Part shown: positions 1-15,000 of the stretch, piece after piece | How the letters are laid out: each line of letters starts with the position of its first letter | How positions within the stretch are numbered: the stretch's first letter is position 1 | Source: Eledone cirrhosa | Lineage: Eukaryota | Assembly (NCBI GenBank): GCA_964016885.1 | Contig: OZ024741.1 | Span: 262,632,001 to 262,696,000, forward strand | Length of the DNA stretch: 64,000 bases | Reading direction: 5' to 3' | Notes under the pieces: generated by a model | The model's database searches: none | Seen by the model: the letters and a program-made list of their open reading frames with translations, nothing else | What the model was told of the DNA's origin: nothing | Made by a program: the position numbers and the translations under genes

Positions 1-929
1 GTGTTCCGACCTACGAGTGTTTCGGATACGGATGTTCCGACTTACGAGTATTTTCGGCTTACGAGTGTTTTGACTTACGATTGTTTTGACTTACGATTGT
101 TTCGGCTTACGAGTGTTTCGACTTACGAGTGTTTCGATTTACGAGTGTTTTGACTTACGGGTGTTTCGACTTACGAGTGTTTCGACTTACGAGTGTTTCG
201 ACTTACGGTTGTTCTGACTTACGGGTATTCCGACTTACTAGTGATTTGGCATACGAGTGTTTCGACTTACGAGTGTTTTCGGCTTACGAGTGTTTCGACT
301 TACGAGTGTTTTGACTTACGATTGTTCCGGATTACGAGTGTTTCGACTTACGAGTGTTTCGGCTTACGAGTGTTTCGGCTTTCGAGTGTTTTGACTTAAG
401 GGTGTTTCGACGAGTGTTTCGATACGAGTGTTTCGACTTACGGGTGTTCTGACTTACGAGTGTTCTGATTTACGGATGTTTCGAATTATGAGTGTTTCGA
501 CTACGAGTGTTTCGACTTACGAGTGTTTCGACTACGAGTGTTTCGACTTACGAGTGTTCTGACTTACGAGTGTTCTGACTTACGAGTGTTCTGACTTACG
601 AGTGTTCCGACTTACGAGTGTTTCGGCTTATGAGGGTTTCGGCTTACGAGCGTTTCGACTACGAGTGTTTCGACTTACGAATGTTTTTGCTAACGAGTGT
701 TTCGACTTACGAATGTTTTTGCTTACGAGTGTTTCGGCTTACGAGTGTTTCGACTTACAAGTGTTTCGAATTACGAGTGTTTTGACTTACGGTGTTTCGG
801 CTTACGAGTGTTTCGACATACGAGTGTTTTGACTTACCGCTGTTTCGACTTACGGGTGTTTCGACTTACGAGAGTTTCGACTTACGAGTGTTCTGACTTA
901 CGAGTGTTCTGACATACGAGTGTTCCGAC

Positions 930-2750
930 TTGCGAGTGTTTCGGCTTACGAGTGTTTCGACATGCGAGTTTTTTTACTTACGAGTGTTTTGATTTACGTG
1001 TGTTTCGACTTACGAGTGTTTCGACTTACGAGTGTTTCGACGTACGAGTGTTTTGACTTGCGGGTGTTTCGACTTACGAGTGTTTTGTTTTACGTGTGTT
1101 TCGACTTACGAATGTTTCGGCTTACGAGTGTTTCGACTTACGAGTGTTCCGACCTACGAGTGTTTCGGCTACGGATGTTCCGACTTACGAGTATTTTCGG
1201 CTTACGAGTGTTTTGACTTACGATTGTTTTGACTTACGGGTATTTCGGCTTACGAGTGTTTCGACTTACGAGTGTTTCGACTTACGAGTGTTTTGACTTA
1301 CGGGTGTTTCGACTTACGAGTGTTTTGGTTTACGTGTGTTTCGACTTACGAATGTTTCGGCTTACGAGTGTTTCGACTTACGAGTGTTTTGACTTACGGG
1401 TGTTTCGACTTACGAGTGTTTTGGTTTACGTATGTTTCGACTTGCGAATGTTTCGGCTTACGAGTGTTTCGACTTACGAGTGTTTAAACTTACGAGTGTT
1501 TTGACTTACGGGTGTTTCGACTTACGAGTGTTTTGGCGTACGAGTGTTTCGACTTATGGGTGTTTTGACTTACGGGTGTTTCGGCTTACGAGTGTTTCGA
1601 CTTACGAGTGTTTTGACTTAAGGGTGTTTCGACTTACGAGTGTTTCGACTTACGAGTGTTCCGACTTACGGGTGTTTTGACTTACGTGTGTTTTGACATA
1701 CGAGTGTTTCGACTTACGAGTGTTTTGACTTACGTGTGTTTTGACATACGAGTGTTTCGATACGAGTGTTTCGACTTACGAGTGTTCTGACTTACGATTG
1801 TTCTGACTTACGAGCGTTCTGACTTACGAGTGTTTCGGCTTACGAGTGTTTCGACATGCGAGTTTTTTTACTTACGAGTGTTTTGATTTACGTGTGTTTC
1901 GACTTACGAGTGTTTCGACTTACGAGTGTTTCGACGTACGAATGTTTTGACTTGCGGGTGTTTCGACTTACGAGTGTTTTGTTTTACGTGTGTTTCGACT
2001 TACGAATGTTTCGGCTTACGAGTGTTTCGACTTACGAGTGTTCCGACCTACGAGTGTTTCGGCTACGGATGTTCCGACTTACGAGTATTTTCGGCTTACG
2101 AGTGTTTTGACTTACGATTGTTTTGACTTACGGGTATTTCGGCTTACGAGTGTTTCGACTTACGAGTGTTTCGACTTACGAGTGTTTTGACTTACGGGTG
2201 TTTCGACTTACGAGTGTTTTGGTTTACGTGTGTTTCGACTTACGAATGTTTCGGCTTACGAGTGTTTCGACTTACGAGTGTTTTGACTTACGGGTGTTTC
2301 GACTTACGAGTGTTTTGGTTTACGTATGTTTCGACTTGCGAATGTTTCGGCTTACGAGTGTTTCGACTTACGAGTGTTTAAACTTACGAGTGTTTTGACT
2401 TACGGGTGTTTCGACTTACGAGTGTTTTGGCGTACGAGTGTTTCGACTTACGAGTGTTTCGACTTATGGGTGTTTTGACTTACGGGTGTTTCGGCTTACG
2501 AGTGTTTCGACTTACGAGTGTTTTGACTTAAGGGTGTTTCGACTTACGAGTGTTTCGACTTACGAGTGTTCCGACTCACGGGTGTTTTGACTTACGTGTG
2601 TTTTGACATACGAGTGTTTCGACTTACGAGTGTTTTGACTTACGTGTGTTTTGACATACGAGTGTTTCGATACGAGTGTTTCGACTTACGAGTGTTCTGA
2701 CTTACGATTGTTCTGACTTACGAGCGTTCTGACTTACGAGTGTTTCGGCT
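930..2750 (+). repeat. About 0.9-kb tandem duplication inside the 7.5-kb HOR
   Basis: Marker strings recur at +894 (1032/1926, 1229/2123), and at +910 in the second HOR copy (8549/9459). Confidence 0.85.
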
Positions 2751-5700
2751 TACGAGTGTTTCGGCTTACGAGTGGTTCGACTTACGAGTGTTTCGACTTA
2801 CGAGTGTTCCGACTTACGGGTGTTTCGACTTACGAGTGTTTTGGCTTACGGTGTTTCGACTTACGAGTGTTTCGAGTTAAGAGTGTTTTGACTTACGCGT
2901 GTTTTGACATACGAGTGTTCTGACTTACGAGTGTTCTGACTTACGAGTGTTCTGACTTAGGAGTGTTCTGATTTACGGATGTTTCGAATTATGAGTGTTT
3001 CGACTACGAGTGTTTCGACTTACGAGTGTTTCGACTACGAGTGTTTCGACTTCCGAGTGTTCTGACTTACGAGTGTTCTGACTTACGGGTGTTCTGACTT
3101 ACGAGTGTTCCGACTTACGAGTGTTTCGGCTTATGAGTGTTTCGGCTTACGAGCGTTTCGACTACGAGTGTTTCGACTTACGAATGTTTTTGCTTACGAG
3201 TGTTTCGACTTACGAATGTTTTTGCTTACGAATGTTTTTGCTTACGAGTGTTCTGACTTGCGAGTGTTTTGACTTACGAGTGTTCCGACTTACGAGTGTT
3301 TTGGTTTACGTGTGTTTCGACTTACGAATGTTTCGGCTTACGAGTGTTTCGACTTACGAGTGTTCCGACCTACGAGTGTTTCGGATACGGATGTTCCGAC
3401 TTACGAGTATTTTCGGCTTACGAGTGTTTTGACTTACGATTGTTTTGACTTACGATTGTTTCGGCTTACGAGTGTTTCGACTTACGAGTGTTTCGATTTA
3501 CGAGTGTTTTGACTTACGGGTGTTTCGACTTACGAGTGTTTCGACTTACGAGTGTTTCGACTTACGGTTGTTCTGACTTACGGGTATTCCGACTTACTAG
3601 TGATTTGGCATACGAGTGTTTCGACTTACGAGTGTTTTCGGCTTACGAGTGTTTCGACTTACGAGTGTTTCGGCTTACGAGTGTTTCGGCTTTCGAGTGT
3701 TTTGACTTAAGGGTGTTTCGACGAGTGTTTCGATACGAGTGTTTCGACTTACGGGTGTTCTGACTTACGAGTGTTCTGATTTACGGATGTTTCGAATTAT
3801 GAGTGTTTCGACTACGAGTGTTTCGACTTACGAGTGTTTCGACTACGAGTGTTTCGACTTACGAATGTTCTGACTTACGAGTGTTCTGACTTACGAGTGT
3901 TCTGACTTACGAGTGTTCCGACTTACGAGTGTTTCGGCTTATGAGGGTTTCGGCTTACGAGCGTTTCGACTACGAGTGTTTCGACTTACGAATGTTTTTG
4001 CTAACGAGTGTTTCGACTTACGAATGTTTTTGCTTACGAGTGTTTCGGCTTACGAGTGTTTCGACTTACAAGTGTTTCGAATTACGAGTGTTTTGACTTA
4101 CGGTGTTTCGGCTTACGAGTGTTTCGACATACGAGTGTTTTGACTTACCGCTGTTTCGACTTACGGGTGTTTCGACTTACGAGAGTTTCGACTTACGAGT
4201 GTTCTGACTTACGAGTGTTCTGACATACGAGTGTTCCGACTTGCGAGTGTTTCGGCTTACGAGTGTTTCGACATGCGAGTTTTTTTACTTACGAGTGTTT
4301 TGATTTACGTGTGTTTCGACTTACGAGTGTTTCGACTTACGAGTGTTTCGACGTACGAGTGTTTTGACTTGCGGGTGTTTCGACTTACGAGTGTTTTGTT
4401 TTACGTGTGTTTCGACTTACGAATGTTTCGGCTTACGAGTGTTTCGACTTACGAGTGTTCCGACCTACGAGTGTTTCGGCTACGGATGTTCCGACTTACG
4501 AGTATTTTCGGCTTACGAGTGTTTTGACTTACGATTGTTTTGACTTACGGGTATTTCGGCTTACGAGTGTTTCGACTTACGAGTGTTTCGACTTACGAGT
4601 GTTTTGACTTACGGGTGTTTCGACTTACGAGTGTTTTGGTTTACGTGTGTTTCGACTTACGAATGTTTCGGCTTACGAGTGTTTCGACTTACGAGTGTTT
4701 TGACTTACGGGTGTTTCGACTTACGAGTGTTTTGGTTTACGTATGTTTCGACTTGCGAATGTTTCGGCTTACGAGTGTTTCGACTTACGAGTGTTTAAAC
4801 TTACGAGTGTTTTGACTTACGGGTGTTTCGACTTACGAGTGTTTTGGCGTACGAGTGTTTCGACTTACGAGTGTTTCGACTTATGGGTGTTTTGACTTAC
4901 GGGTGTTTCGGCTTACGAGTGTTTCGACTTACGAGTGTTTTGACTTAAGGGTGTTTCGACTTACGAGTGTTTCGACTTACGAGTGTTCCGACTTACGGGT
5001 GTTTTGACTTACGTGTGTTTTGACATACGAGTGTTTCGACTTACGAGTGTTTTGACTTACGTTTGTTTTGACATACGAGTGTTTCGATACGAGTGTTTCG
5101 ACTTACGAGTGTTCTGACTTACGATTGTTCTGACTTACGAGCGTTCTGACTTACGAGTGTTTCGGCTTACGAGTGTTTCGGCTTACGAGTGGTTCGACTT
5201 ACGAGTGTTTCGACTTACGAGTGTTCCGACTTACGGGTGTTTCGACTTACGAGTGTTTTGGCTTACGGTGTTTCGACTTACGAGTGTTTCGAGTTAAGAG
5301 TGTTTTGACTTACGCGTGTTTTGACATACGAGTGTTCTGACTTACGAGTGTTCTGACTTACGAGTGTTCTGACTTAGGAGTGTTCTGATTTACGGATGTT
5401 TCGAATTATGAGTGTTTCGACTACGAGTGTTTCGACTTACGAGTGTTTCGACTACGAGTGTTTCGACTTCCGAGTGTTCTGACTTACGAGTGTTCTGACT
5501 TACGGGTGTTCTGACTTACGAGTGTTCCGACTTACGAGTGTTTCGGCTTATGAGTGTTTCGGCTTACGAGCGTTTCGACTACGAGTGTTTCGACTTACGA
5601 ATGTTTTTGCTTACGAGTGTTTCGACTTACGAATGTTTTTGCTTACGAATGTTTTTGCTTACGAGTGTTCTGACTTGCGAGTGTTTTGACTTACGAGTGT

Positions 5701-6070
5701 TCCGACTTACGAGTGTTTTGGTTTACGTGTGTTTCGACTTACGAATGTTTCGGCTTACGAGTGTTTCGACTTACGAGTGTTCCGACCTACGAGTGTTTCG
5801 GATACGGATGTTCCGACTTACGAGTATTTTCGGCTTACGAGTGTTTTGACTTACGATTGTTTTGACTTACGATTGTTTCGGCTTACGAGTGTTTCGACTT
5901 ACGAGTGTTTCGATTTACGAGTGTTTTGACTTACGGGTGTTTCGACTTACGAGTGTTTCGACTTACGAGTGTTTCGACTTACGGTTGTTCTGACTTACGG
6001 GTATTCCGACTTACTAGTGATTTGGCATACGAGTGTTTCGACTTACGAGTGTTTTCGGCTTACGAGTGTT
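1830..6070 (+). repeat. About 2.4-kb duplication inside the 7.5-kb HOR
   Basis: Offset +2417 (1926/4343, 3121/5538, 3488/5905), and +2401 in the second HOR copy (10654/13055). Confidence 0.85.
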
Positions 6071-9000
6071 TCGACTTACGAGTGTTTTGAATTACGATTG
6101 TTTCGGATTACGAGTGTTTCGACTTTCGAGTGTTTTGACTTAAGGGTGTTTCGACGAGTGTTTCGATACGAGTGTTTCGACTTACGGGTGTTCTGACTTA
6201 CGAGTGTTCTGATTTACGGATGTTTCGAATTATGAGTGTTTCGACTACGAGTGTTTCGACTTACGAGTGTTTTGACTACGAGTGTTTCGACTTACGAGTG
6301 TTCTGACTTACGAGTGTTCTGACTTACGAGTGTTCTGACTTACGAGTGTTCCGACTTACGAGTGTTTCGGCTTACGAGTGTTTCGGCTTACGAGTGTTTC
6401 GACTTACGAGTGTTTTGACTTACGGTGTTTCGGCTTACGAATGTTTTGACTTACGAGTGTTTTGACTTACGGGTGTTTTGACATACGAGTGTTTCGATAC
6501 GAGTGTTTCGACTTACGAGTGTTCTGACTTACGAGTGTTCTGACTTACGAGTGTTCTGACTTACGAGTGTTCCGACTTACGAGTGTTTCGGCTCACGAGT
6601 GTTTCGGCTTACGAGTGTTTCGACTTACGAGTGTTTTGACTTACGGGTGTTTCGACTTACGAGTGTTTTGGTTTACGTGTATTTCGACTTACGAATGTTT
6701 CAGCTTACGAGTGTTTCGACTTACGAGTGTTTCGACTTACGGTTGTTCTGACTTACGGGTATTCCGACTTACGAGTGATTTGGCATACGAGTGTTTCGAC
6801 TTACGAGTGTTTTCGGCTTACGAGTGTTTCGACTTACGAGTGTTTTGACTTACGATTGTTTCGGCTTACGAGTGTTTCGACTTACGAGTGTTTCGGCTTA
6901 TGAGTGTTTTGACTTAAGGGTGTTTCGACGAGTGTTTCGATACGAGTGTTTCGACTTACGGGTGTTCTGACTTACGAGTGTTCTGATTTACGGATGTTTC
7001 GAATTATGAGTGTTTCGACTACGAGTGTTTCGACTTACGAGTGTTTCGACTACGAGTTATTCGACTTACGAGTGTTCTGACTTACGAGTGTTCTGACTTA
7101 CGGGTGTTCTGACTTACGAGTGTTCCGACTTACGAGTGTTTCGGCTTATGAGTGTTTCGGCTTACGAGCGTTTCGACTACGAGTGTTTCGACTTACGAAT
7201 GTTTTTGCTAACGAGTGTTTCGACTTAAGAATGTTTTTGCTTACGAGTGTTTCGGCTTACGAGTGTTTCGACTTACGAGTGTTTTGACTTACCGGTGTTT
7301 CGACTTACGGGTGTTTCGACTTACGAGAGTTTCGACTTACGAGTGTTCTGACTTACGAGTGTTCTGACTACGAGTGTTCCGACTTGCGAGTGTTTCGGCT
7401 TACGAGTGTTTCGACATGCGAGTTTTTTGACTTACGGATGTTTCGACTTACGGGTGTTTCGACTCACGAGTGTTTCTACTTACGAGTGTTTCGACTTACG
7501 AGTGTTCCGACTTACGAGTGTTTTGACTTACGATTGTTCCGACTTACGAGTGTTTCGGCTTACGAGTGTTTCGGCTCACGAGTGTTTCGACTTACGAGTG
7601 TTCCGACTTACGAGTGTTTCGGCTACGGATGTTCCGACTTACGAGTATTTTCGGCTGACGAGTGTTTTGACTTACGATTGTTTTGACTTAGGGGTATTTC
7701 GGCTTACGAGTGTTTCGACTTACGGTTGTTCTGACTTACGGGTATTCCGACTTACGAGTGATTTGGCATACGAGTGTTTCGACTTACGAGTGTTTTCGGC
7801 TTACGAGTGTTTCTACTTACGAGTGTTTTGACTTACGATTGTTTCGGCTTACGAGTGTTTCGACTTACGAGTGTTTCGGCTTACGAGTGTTTCGTCTTAT
7901 GAGTGTTTTGACTTAAGGGTGTTTCGACGAGTGTTTCGATACGAGTGTTTCGACTTACGGGTGTTCTGACTTACGAGTGTTCTGATTTACGGATGTTTCG
8001 AATTATGAGTGTTTCGACTACGAGTGTTTCGACTTACGAGTGTTTCGACTACGAGTGTTTCGACTTACGAGTGTTCTGACTTACGAGTGTTCTGACTTAC
8101 GAGTGTTCTGACTTACGAGTGTTCCGACTTACGAGTGTTTCGGCTTATGAGGGTTTCGGCTTACGAGCGTTTCGACTACGAGTGTTTCGACTTACGAATG
8201 TTTTTGCTAACGAGTGTTTCGACTTACGAATGTTTTTGCTTACGAGTGTTTCGGCTTACGAGTGTTTCGACTTACAAGTGTTTCGAATTACGAGTGTTTT
8301 GACTTACGGTGTTTCGGCTTACGAGTGTTTCGACATACGAGTGTTTTGACTTACCGCTGTTTCGACTTACGGGTGTTTCGACTTACGAGAGTTTCGACTT
8401 ACGAGTGTTCTGACTTACGAGTGTTCTGACATACGAGTGTTCCGACTTGCGAGTGTTTCGGCTTACGAGTGTTTCGACATGCGAGTTTTTTTACTTACGA
8501 GTGTTTTGATTTACGTGTGTTTCGACTTACGAGTGTTTCGACTTACGAGTGTTTCGACGTACGAGTGTTTTGACTTGCGGGTGTTTCGACTTACGAGTGT
8601 TTTGTTTTACGTGTGTTTCGACTTACGAATGTTTCGGCTTACGAGTGTTTCGACTTACGAGTGTTCCGACCTACGAGTGTTTCGGCTACGGATGTTCCGA
8701 CTTACGAGTATTTTCGGCTTACGAGTGTTTTGACTTACGATTGTTTTGACTTACGGGTATTTCGGCTTACGAGTGTTTCGACTTACGAGTGTTTCGACTT
8801 ACGAGTGTTTTGACTTACGGGTGTTTCGACTTACGAGTGTTTTGGTTTACGTGTGTTTCGACTTACGAATGTTTCGGCTTACGAGTGTTTCGACTTACGA
8901 GTGTTTTGACTTACGGGTGTTTCGACTTACGAGTGTTTTGGTTTACGTATGTTTCGACTTGCGAATGTTTCGGCTTACGAGTGTTTCGACTTACGAGTGT

Positions 9001-12000
9001 TTAAACTTACGAGTGTTTTGACTTACGGGTGTTTCGACTTACGAGTGTTTTGGCGTACGAGTGTTTCGACTTACGAGTGTTTCGACTTATGGGTGTTTTG
9101 ACTTACGGGTGTTTCGGCTTACGAGTGTTTCGACTTACGAGTGTTTTGACTTAAGGGTGTTTCGACTTACGAGTGTTTCGACTTACGAGTGTTCCGACTT
9201 ACGGGTGTTTTGACTTACGTGTGTTTTGACATACGAGTGTTTCGACTTACGAGTGTTTTGACTTACGTGTGTTTTGACATACGAGTGTTTCGATACGAGT
9301 GTTTCGACTTACGAGTGTTCTGACTTACGATTGTTCTGACTTACGAGCGTTCTGACTTACGAGTGTTTCGGCTTACGAGTGTTTCGACATGCGAGTTTTT
9401 TTACTTACGAGTGTTTTGATTTACGTGTGTTTCGACTTACGAGTGTTTCGACTTACGAGTGTTTCGACGTACGAGTGTTTTGACTTGCGGGTGTTTCGAC
9501 TTACGAGTGTTTTGTTTTACGTGTGTTTCGACTTACGAATGTTTCGGCTTACGAGTGTTTCGACTTACGAGTGTTCCGACCTACGAGTGTTTCGGCTACG
9601 GATGTTCCGACTTACGAGTATTTTCGGCTTACGAGTGTTTTGACTTACGATTGTTTTGACTTACGGGTATTTCGGCTTACGAGTGTTTCGACTTACGAGT
9701 GTTTCGACTTACGAGTGTTTTGACTTACGGGTGTTTCGACTTACGAGTGTTTTGGTTTACGTGTGTTTCGACTTACGAATGTTTCGGCTTACGAGTGTTT
9801 CGACTTACGAGTGTTTTGACTTACGGGTGTTTCGACTTACGAGTGTTTTGGTTTACGTATGTTTCGACTTGCGAATGTTTCGGCTTACGAGTGTTTCGAC
9901 TTACGAGTGTTTAAACTTACGAGTGTTTTGACTTACGGGTGTTTCGACTTACGAGTGTTTTGGCGTACGAGTGTTTCGACTTACGAGTGTTTCGACTTAT
10001 GGGTGTTTTGACTTACGGGTGTTTCGGCTTACGAGTGTTTCGACTTACGAGTGTTTTGACTTAAGGGTGTTTCGACTTACGAGTGTTTCGACTTACGAGT
10101 GTTCCGACTTACGGGTGTTTTGACTTACGTGTGTTTTGACATACGAGTGTTTCGACTTACGAGTGTTTTGACTTACGTGTGTTTTGACATACGAGTGTTT
10201 CGATACGAGTGTTTCGACTTACGAGTGTTCTGACTTACGATTGTTCTGACTTACGAGCGTTCTGACTTACGAGTGTTTCGGCTTACGAGTGTTTCGGCTT
10301 ACGAGTGGTTCGACTTACGAGTGTTTCGACTTACGAGTGTTCCGACTTACGGGTGTTTCGACTTACGAGTGTTTTGGCTTACGGTGTTTCGACTTACGAG
10401 TGTTTCGAGTTAAGAGTGTTTTGACTTACGCGTGTTTTGACATACGAGTGTTCTGACTTACGAGTGTTCTGACTTACGAGTGTTCTGACTTAGGAGTGTT
10501 CTGATTTACGGATGTTTCGAATTATGAGTGTTTCGACTACGAGTGTTTCGACTTACGAGTGTTTCGACTACGAGTGTTTCGACTTCCGAGTGTTCTGACT
10601 TACGAGTGTTCTGACTTACGGGTGTTCTGACTTACGAGTGTTCCGACTTACGAGTGTTTCGGCTTATGAGTGTTTCGGCTTACGAGCGTTTCGACTACGA
10701 GTGTTTCGACTTACGAATGTTTTTGCTTACGAGTGTTTCGACTTACGAATGTTTTTGCTTACGAATGTTTTTGCTTACGAGTGTTCTGACTTGCGAGTGT
10801 TTTGACTTACGAGTGTTCCGACTTACGAGTGTTTTGGTTTACGTGTGTTTCGACTTACGAATGTTTCGGCTTACGAGTGTTTCGACTTACGAGTGTTCCG
10901 ACCTACGAGTGTTTCGGATACGGATGTTCCGACTTACGAGTATTTTCGGCTTACGAGTGTTTTGACTTACGATTGTTTTGACTTACGATTGTTTCGGCTT
11001 ACGAGTGTTTCGACTTACGAGTGTTTCGATTTACGAGTGTTTTGACTTACGGGTGTTTCGACTTACGAGTGTTTCGACTTACGAGTGTTTCGACTTACGG
11101 TTGTTCTGACTTACGGGTATTCCGACTTACTAGTGATTTGGCATACGAGTGTTTCGACTTACGAGTGTTTTCGGCTTACGAGTGTTTCGACTTACGAGTG
11201 TTTCGGCTTACGAGTGTTTCGGCTTTCGAGTGTTTTGACTTAAGGGTGTTTCGACGAGTGTTTCGATACGAGTGTTTCGACTTACGGGTGTTCTGACTTA
11301 CGAGTGTTCTGATTTACGGATGTTTCGAATTATGAGTGTTTCGACTACGAGTGTTTCGACTTACGAGTGTTTCGACTACGAGTGTTTCGACTTACGAGTG
11401 TTCTGACTTACGAGTGTTCTGACTTACGAGTGTTCCGACTTACGAGTGTTTCGGCTTATGAGGGTTTCGGCTTACGAGCGTTTCGACTACGAGTGTTTCG
11501 ACTTACGAATGTTTTTGCTAACGAGTGTTTCGACTTACGAATGTTTTTGCTTACGAGTGTTTCGGCTTACGAGTGTTTCGACTTACAAGTGTTTCGAATT
11601 ACGAGTGTTTTGACTTACGGTGTTTCGGCTTACGAGTGTTTCGACATACGAGTGTTTTGACTTACCGCTGTTTCGACTTACGGGTGTTTCGACTTACGAG
11701 AGTTTCGACTTACGAGTGTTCTGACTTACGAGTGTTCTGACATACGAGTGTTCCGACTTGCGAGTGTTTCGGCTTACGAGTGTTTCGACATGCGAGTTTT
11801 TTTACTTACGAGTGTTTTGATTTACGTGTGTTTCGACTTACGAGTGTTTCGACTTACGAGTGTTTCGACGTACGAGTGTTTTGACTTGCGGGTGTTTCGA
11901 CTTACGAGTGTTTTGTTTTACGTGTGTTTCGACTTACGAATGTTTCGGCTTACGAGTGTTTCGACTTACGAGTGTTCCGACCTACGAGTGTTTCGGCTAC

Positions 12001-15000
12001 GGATGTTCCGACTTACGAGTATTTTCGGCTTACGAGTGTTTTGACTTACGATTGTTTTGACTTACGGGTATTTCGGCTTACGAGTGTTTCGACTTACGAG
12101 TGTTTCGACTTACGAGTGTTTTGACTTACGGGTGTTTCGACTTACGAGTGTTTTGGTTTACGTGTGTTTCGACTTACGAATGTTTCGGCTTACGAGTGTT
12201 TCGACTTACGAGTGTTTTGACTTACGGGTGTTTCGACTTACGAGTGTTTTGGTTTACGTATGTTTCGACTTGCGAATGTTTCGGCTTACGAGTGTTTCGA
12301 CTTACGAGTGTTTAAACTTACGAGTGTTTTGACTTACGGGTGTTTCGACTTACGAGTGTTTTGGCGTACGAGTGTTTCGACTTACGAGTGTTTCGACTTA
12401 TGGGTGTTTTGACTTACGGGTGTTTCGGCTTACGAGTGTTTCGACTTACGAGTGTTTTGACTTAAGGGTGTTTCGACTTACGAGTGTTTCGACTTACGAG
12501 TGTTCCGACTTACGGGTGTTTTGACTTACGTGTGTTTTGACATACGAGTGTTTCGACTTACGAGTGTTTTGACTTACGTTTGTTTTGACATACGAGTGTT
12601 TCGATACGAGTGTTTCGACTTACGAGTGTTCTGACTTACGATTGTTCTGACTTACGAGCGTTCTGACTTACGAGTGTTTCGGCTTACGAGTGTTTCGGCT
12701 TACGAGTGGTTCGACTTACGAGTGTTTCGACTTACGAGTGTTCCGACTTACGGGTGTTTCGACTTACGAGTGTTTTGGCTTACGGTGTTTCGACTTACGA
12801 GTGTTTCGAGTTAAGAGTGTTTTGACTTACGCGTGTTTTGACATACGAGTGTTCTGACTTACGAGTGTTCTGACTTACGAGTGTTCTGACTTAGGAGTGT
12901 TCTGATTTACGGATGTTTCGAATTATGAGTGTTTCGACTACGAGTGTTTCGACTTACGAGTGTTTCGACTACGAGTGTTTCGACTTCCGAGTGTTCTGAC
13001 TTACGAGTGTTCTGACTTACGGGTGTTCTGACTTACGAGTGTTCCGACTTACGAGTGTTTCGGCTTATGAGTGTTTCGGCTTACGAGCGTTTCGACTACG
13101 AGTGTTTCGACTTACGAATGTTTTTGCTTACGAGTGTTTCGACTTACGAATGTTTTTGCTTACGAATGTTTTTGCTTACGAGTGTTCTGACTTGCGAGTG
13201 TTTTGACTTACGAGTGTTCCGACTTACGAGTGTTTTGGTTTACGTGTGTTTCGACTTACGAATGTTTCGGCTTACGAGTGTTTCGACTTACGAGTGTTCC
13301 GACCTACGAGTGTTTCGGATACGGATGTTCCGACTTACGAGTATTTTCGGCTTACGAGTGTTTTGACTTACGATTGTTTTGACTTACGATTGTTTCGGCT
13401 TACGAGTGTTTCGACTTACGAGTGTTTCGATTTACGAGTGTTTTGACTTACGGGTGTTTCGACTTACGAGTGTTTCGACTTACGAGTGTTTCGACTTACG
13501 GTTGTTCTGACTTACGGGTATTCCGACTTACTAGTGATTTGGCATACGAGTGTTTCGACTTACGAGTGTTTTCGGCTTACGAGTGTTTCGACTTACGAGT
13601 GTTTTGACTTACGATTGTTTCGGATTACGAGTGTTTCGACTTTCGAGTGTTTTGACTTAAGGGTGTTTCGACGAGTGTTTCGATACGAGTGTTTCGACTT
13701 ACGGGTGTTCTGACTTACGAGTGTTCTGATTTACGGATGTTTCGAATTATGAGTGTTTCGACTACGAGTGTTTCGACTTACGAGTGTTTCGACTACGAGT
13801 GTTTCGACTTACGAGTGTTCTGACTTACGAGTGTTCTGACTTACGAGTGTTCTGACTTACGAGTGTTCCGACTTACGAGTGTTTCGGCTTACGAGTGTTT
13901 CGGCTTACGAGTGTTTCGACTTACGAGTGTTTTGACTTACGGTATTTCGGCTTACGAATGTTTTGACTTACGAGTGTTTTGACTTACGGGTGTTTTGACA
14001 TACGAGTGTTTCGATACGAGTGTTTCGACTTACGAGTGTTCTGACTTACAAGTGTTCTGACTTACGAGTGTTCTGACTTACGAGTGTTCCGACTTACGAG
14101 TGTTTCGGCTCACGAGTGTTTCGGCTTACGAGTGTTTCGACTTACGAGTGTTTTGACTTACGGGTGTTTCGACTTACGAGTGTTTTGGTTTACGTGTATT
14201 TCGACTTACGAATGTTTCAGCTTACGAGTGTTTCGACTTACGAGTGTTTCGACTTACGGTTGTTCTGACTTACGGGTATTCCGACTTACGAGTGATTTGG
14301 CATACGAGTGTTTCGACTTACGAGTGTTTTCGGCTTACGAGTGTTTCGACTTACGAGTGTTTTGACTTACGATTGTTTCGGCTTACGAGTGTTTCGACTT
14401 ACGAGTGTTTCGGCTTATGAGTGTTTTGACTTAAGGGTGTTTCGACGAGTGTTTCGATACGAGTGTTTCGACTTACGGGTGTTCTGACTTACGAGTGTTC
14501 TGATTTACGGATGTTTCGAATTATGAGTGTTTCGACTACGAGTGTTTCGACTTACGAGTGTTTCGACTACGAGTTATTCGACTTACGAGTGTTCTGACTT
14601 ACGAGTGTTCTGACTTACGGGTGTTCTGACTTACGAGTGTTCCGACTTACGAGTGTTTCGGCTTATGAGTGTTTCGGCTTACGAGCGTTTCGACTACGAG
14701 TGTTTCGACTTACGAATGTTTTTGCTAACGAGTGTTTCGACTTAAGAATGTTTTTGCTTACGAGTGTTTCGGCTTACGAGTGTTTCGACTTACGAGTGTT
14801 TTGACTTACCGGTGTTTCGACTTACGGGTGTTTCGACTTACGAGAGTTTCGACTTACGAGTGTTCTGACTTACGAGTGTTCTGACTACGAGTGTTCCGAC
14901 TTGCGAGTGTTTCGGCTTACGAGTGTTTCGACATGCGAGTTTTTTGACTTACGGATGTTTCGACTTACGGGTGTTTCGACTCACGAGTGTTTCTACTTAC

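Noticed and set aside
468-482. ACGGATGT, resembling Candida-type telomere repeats, and direct telomerase synthesis of the array
   Set aside because: It is only a minor monomer variant. Multi-kb variant patterns copied faithfully indicate DNA duplication rather than templated addition of a short repeat.
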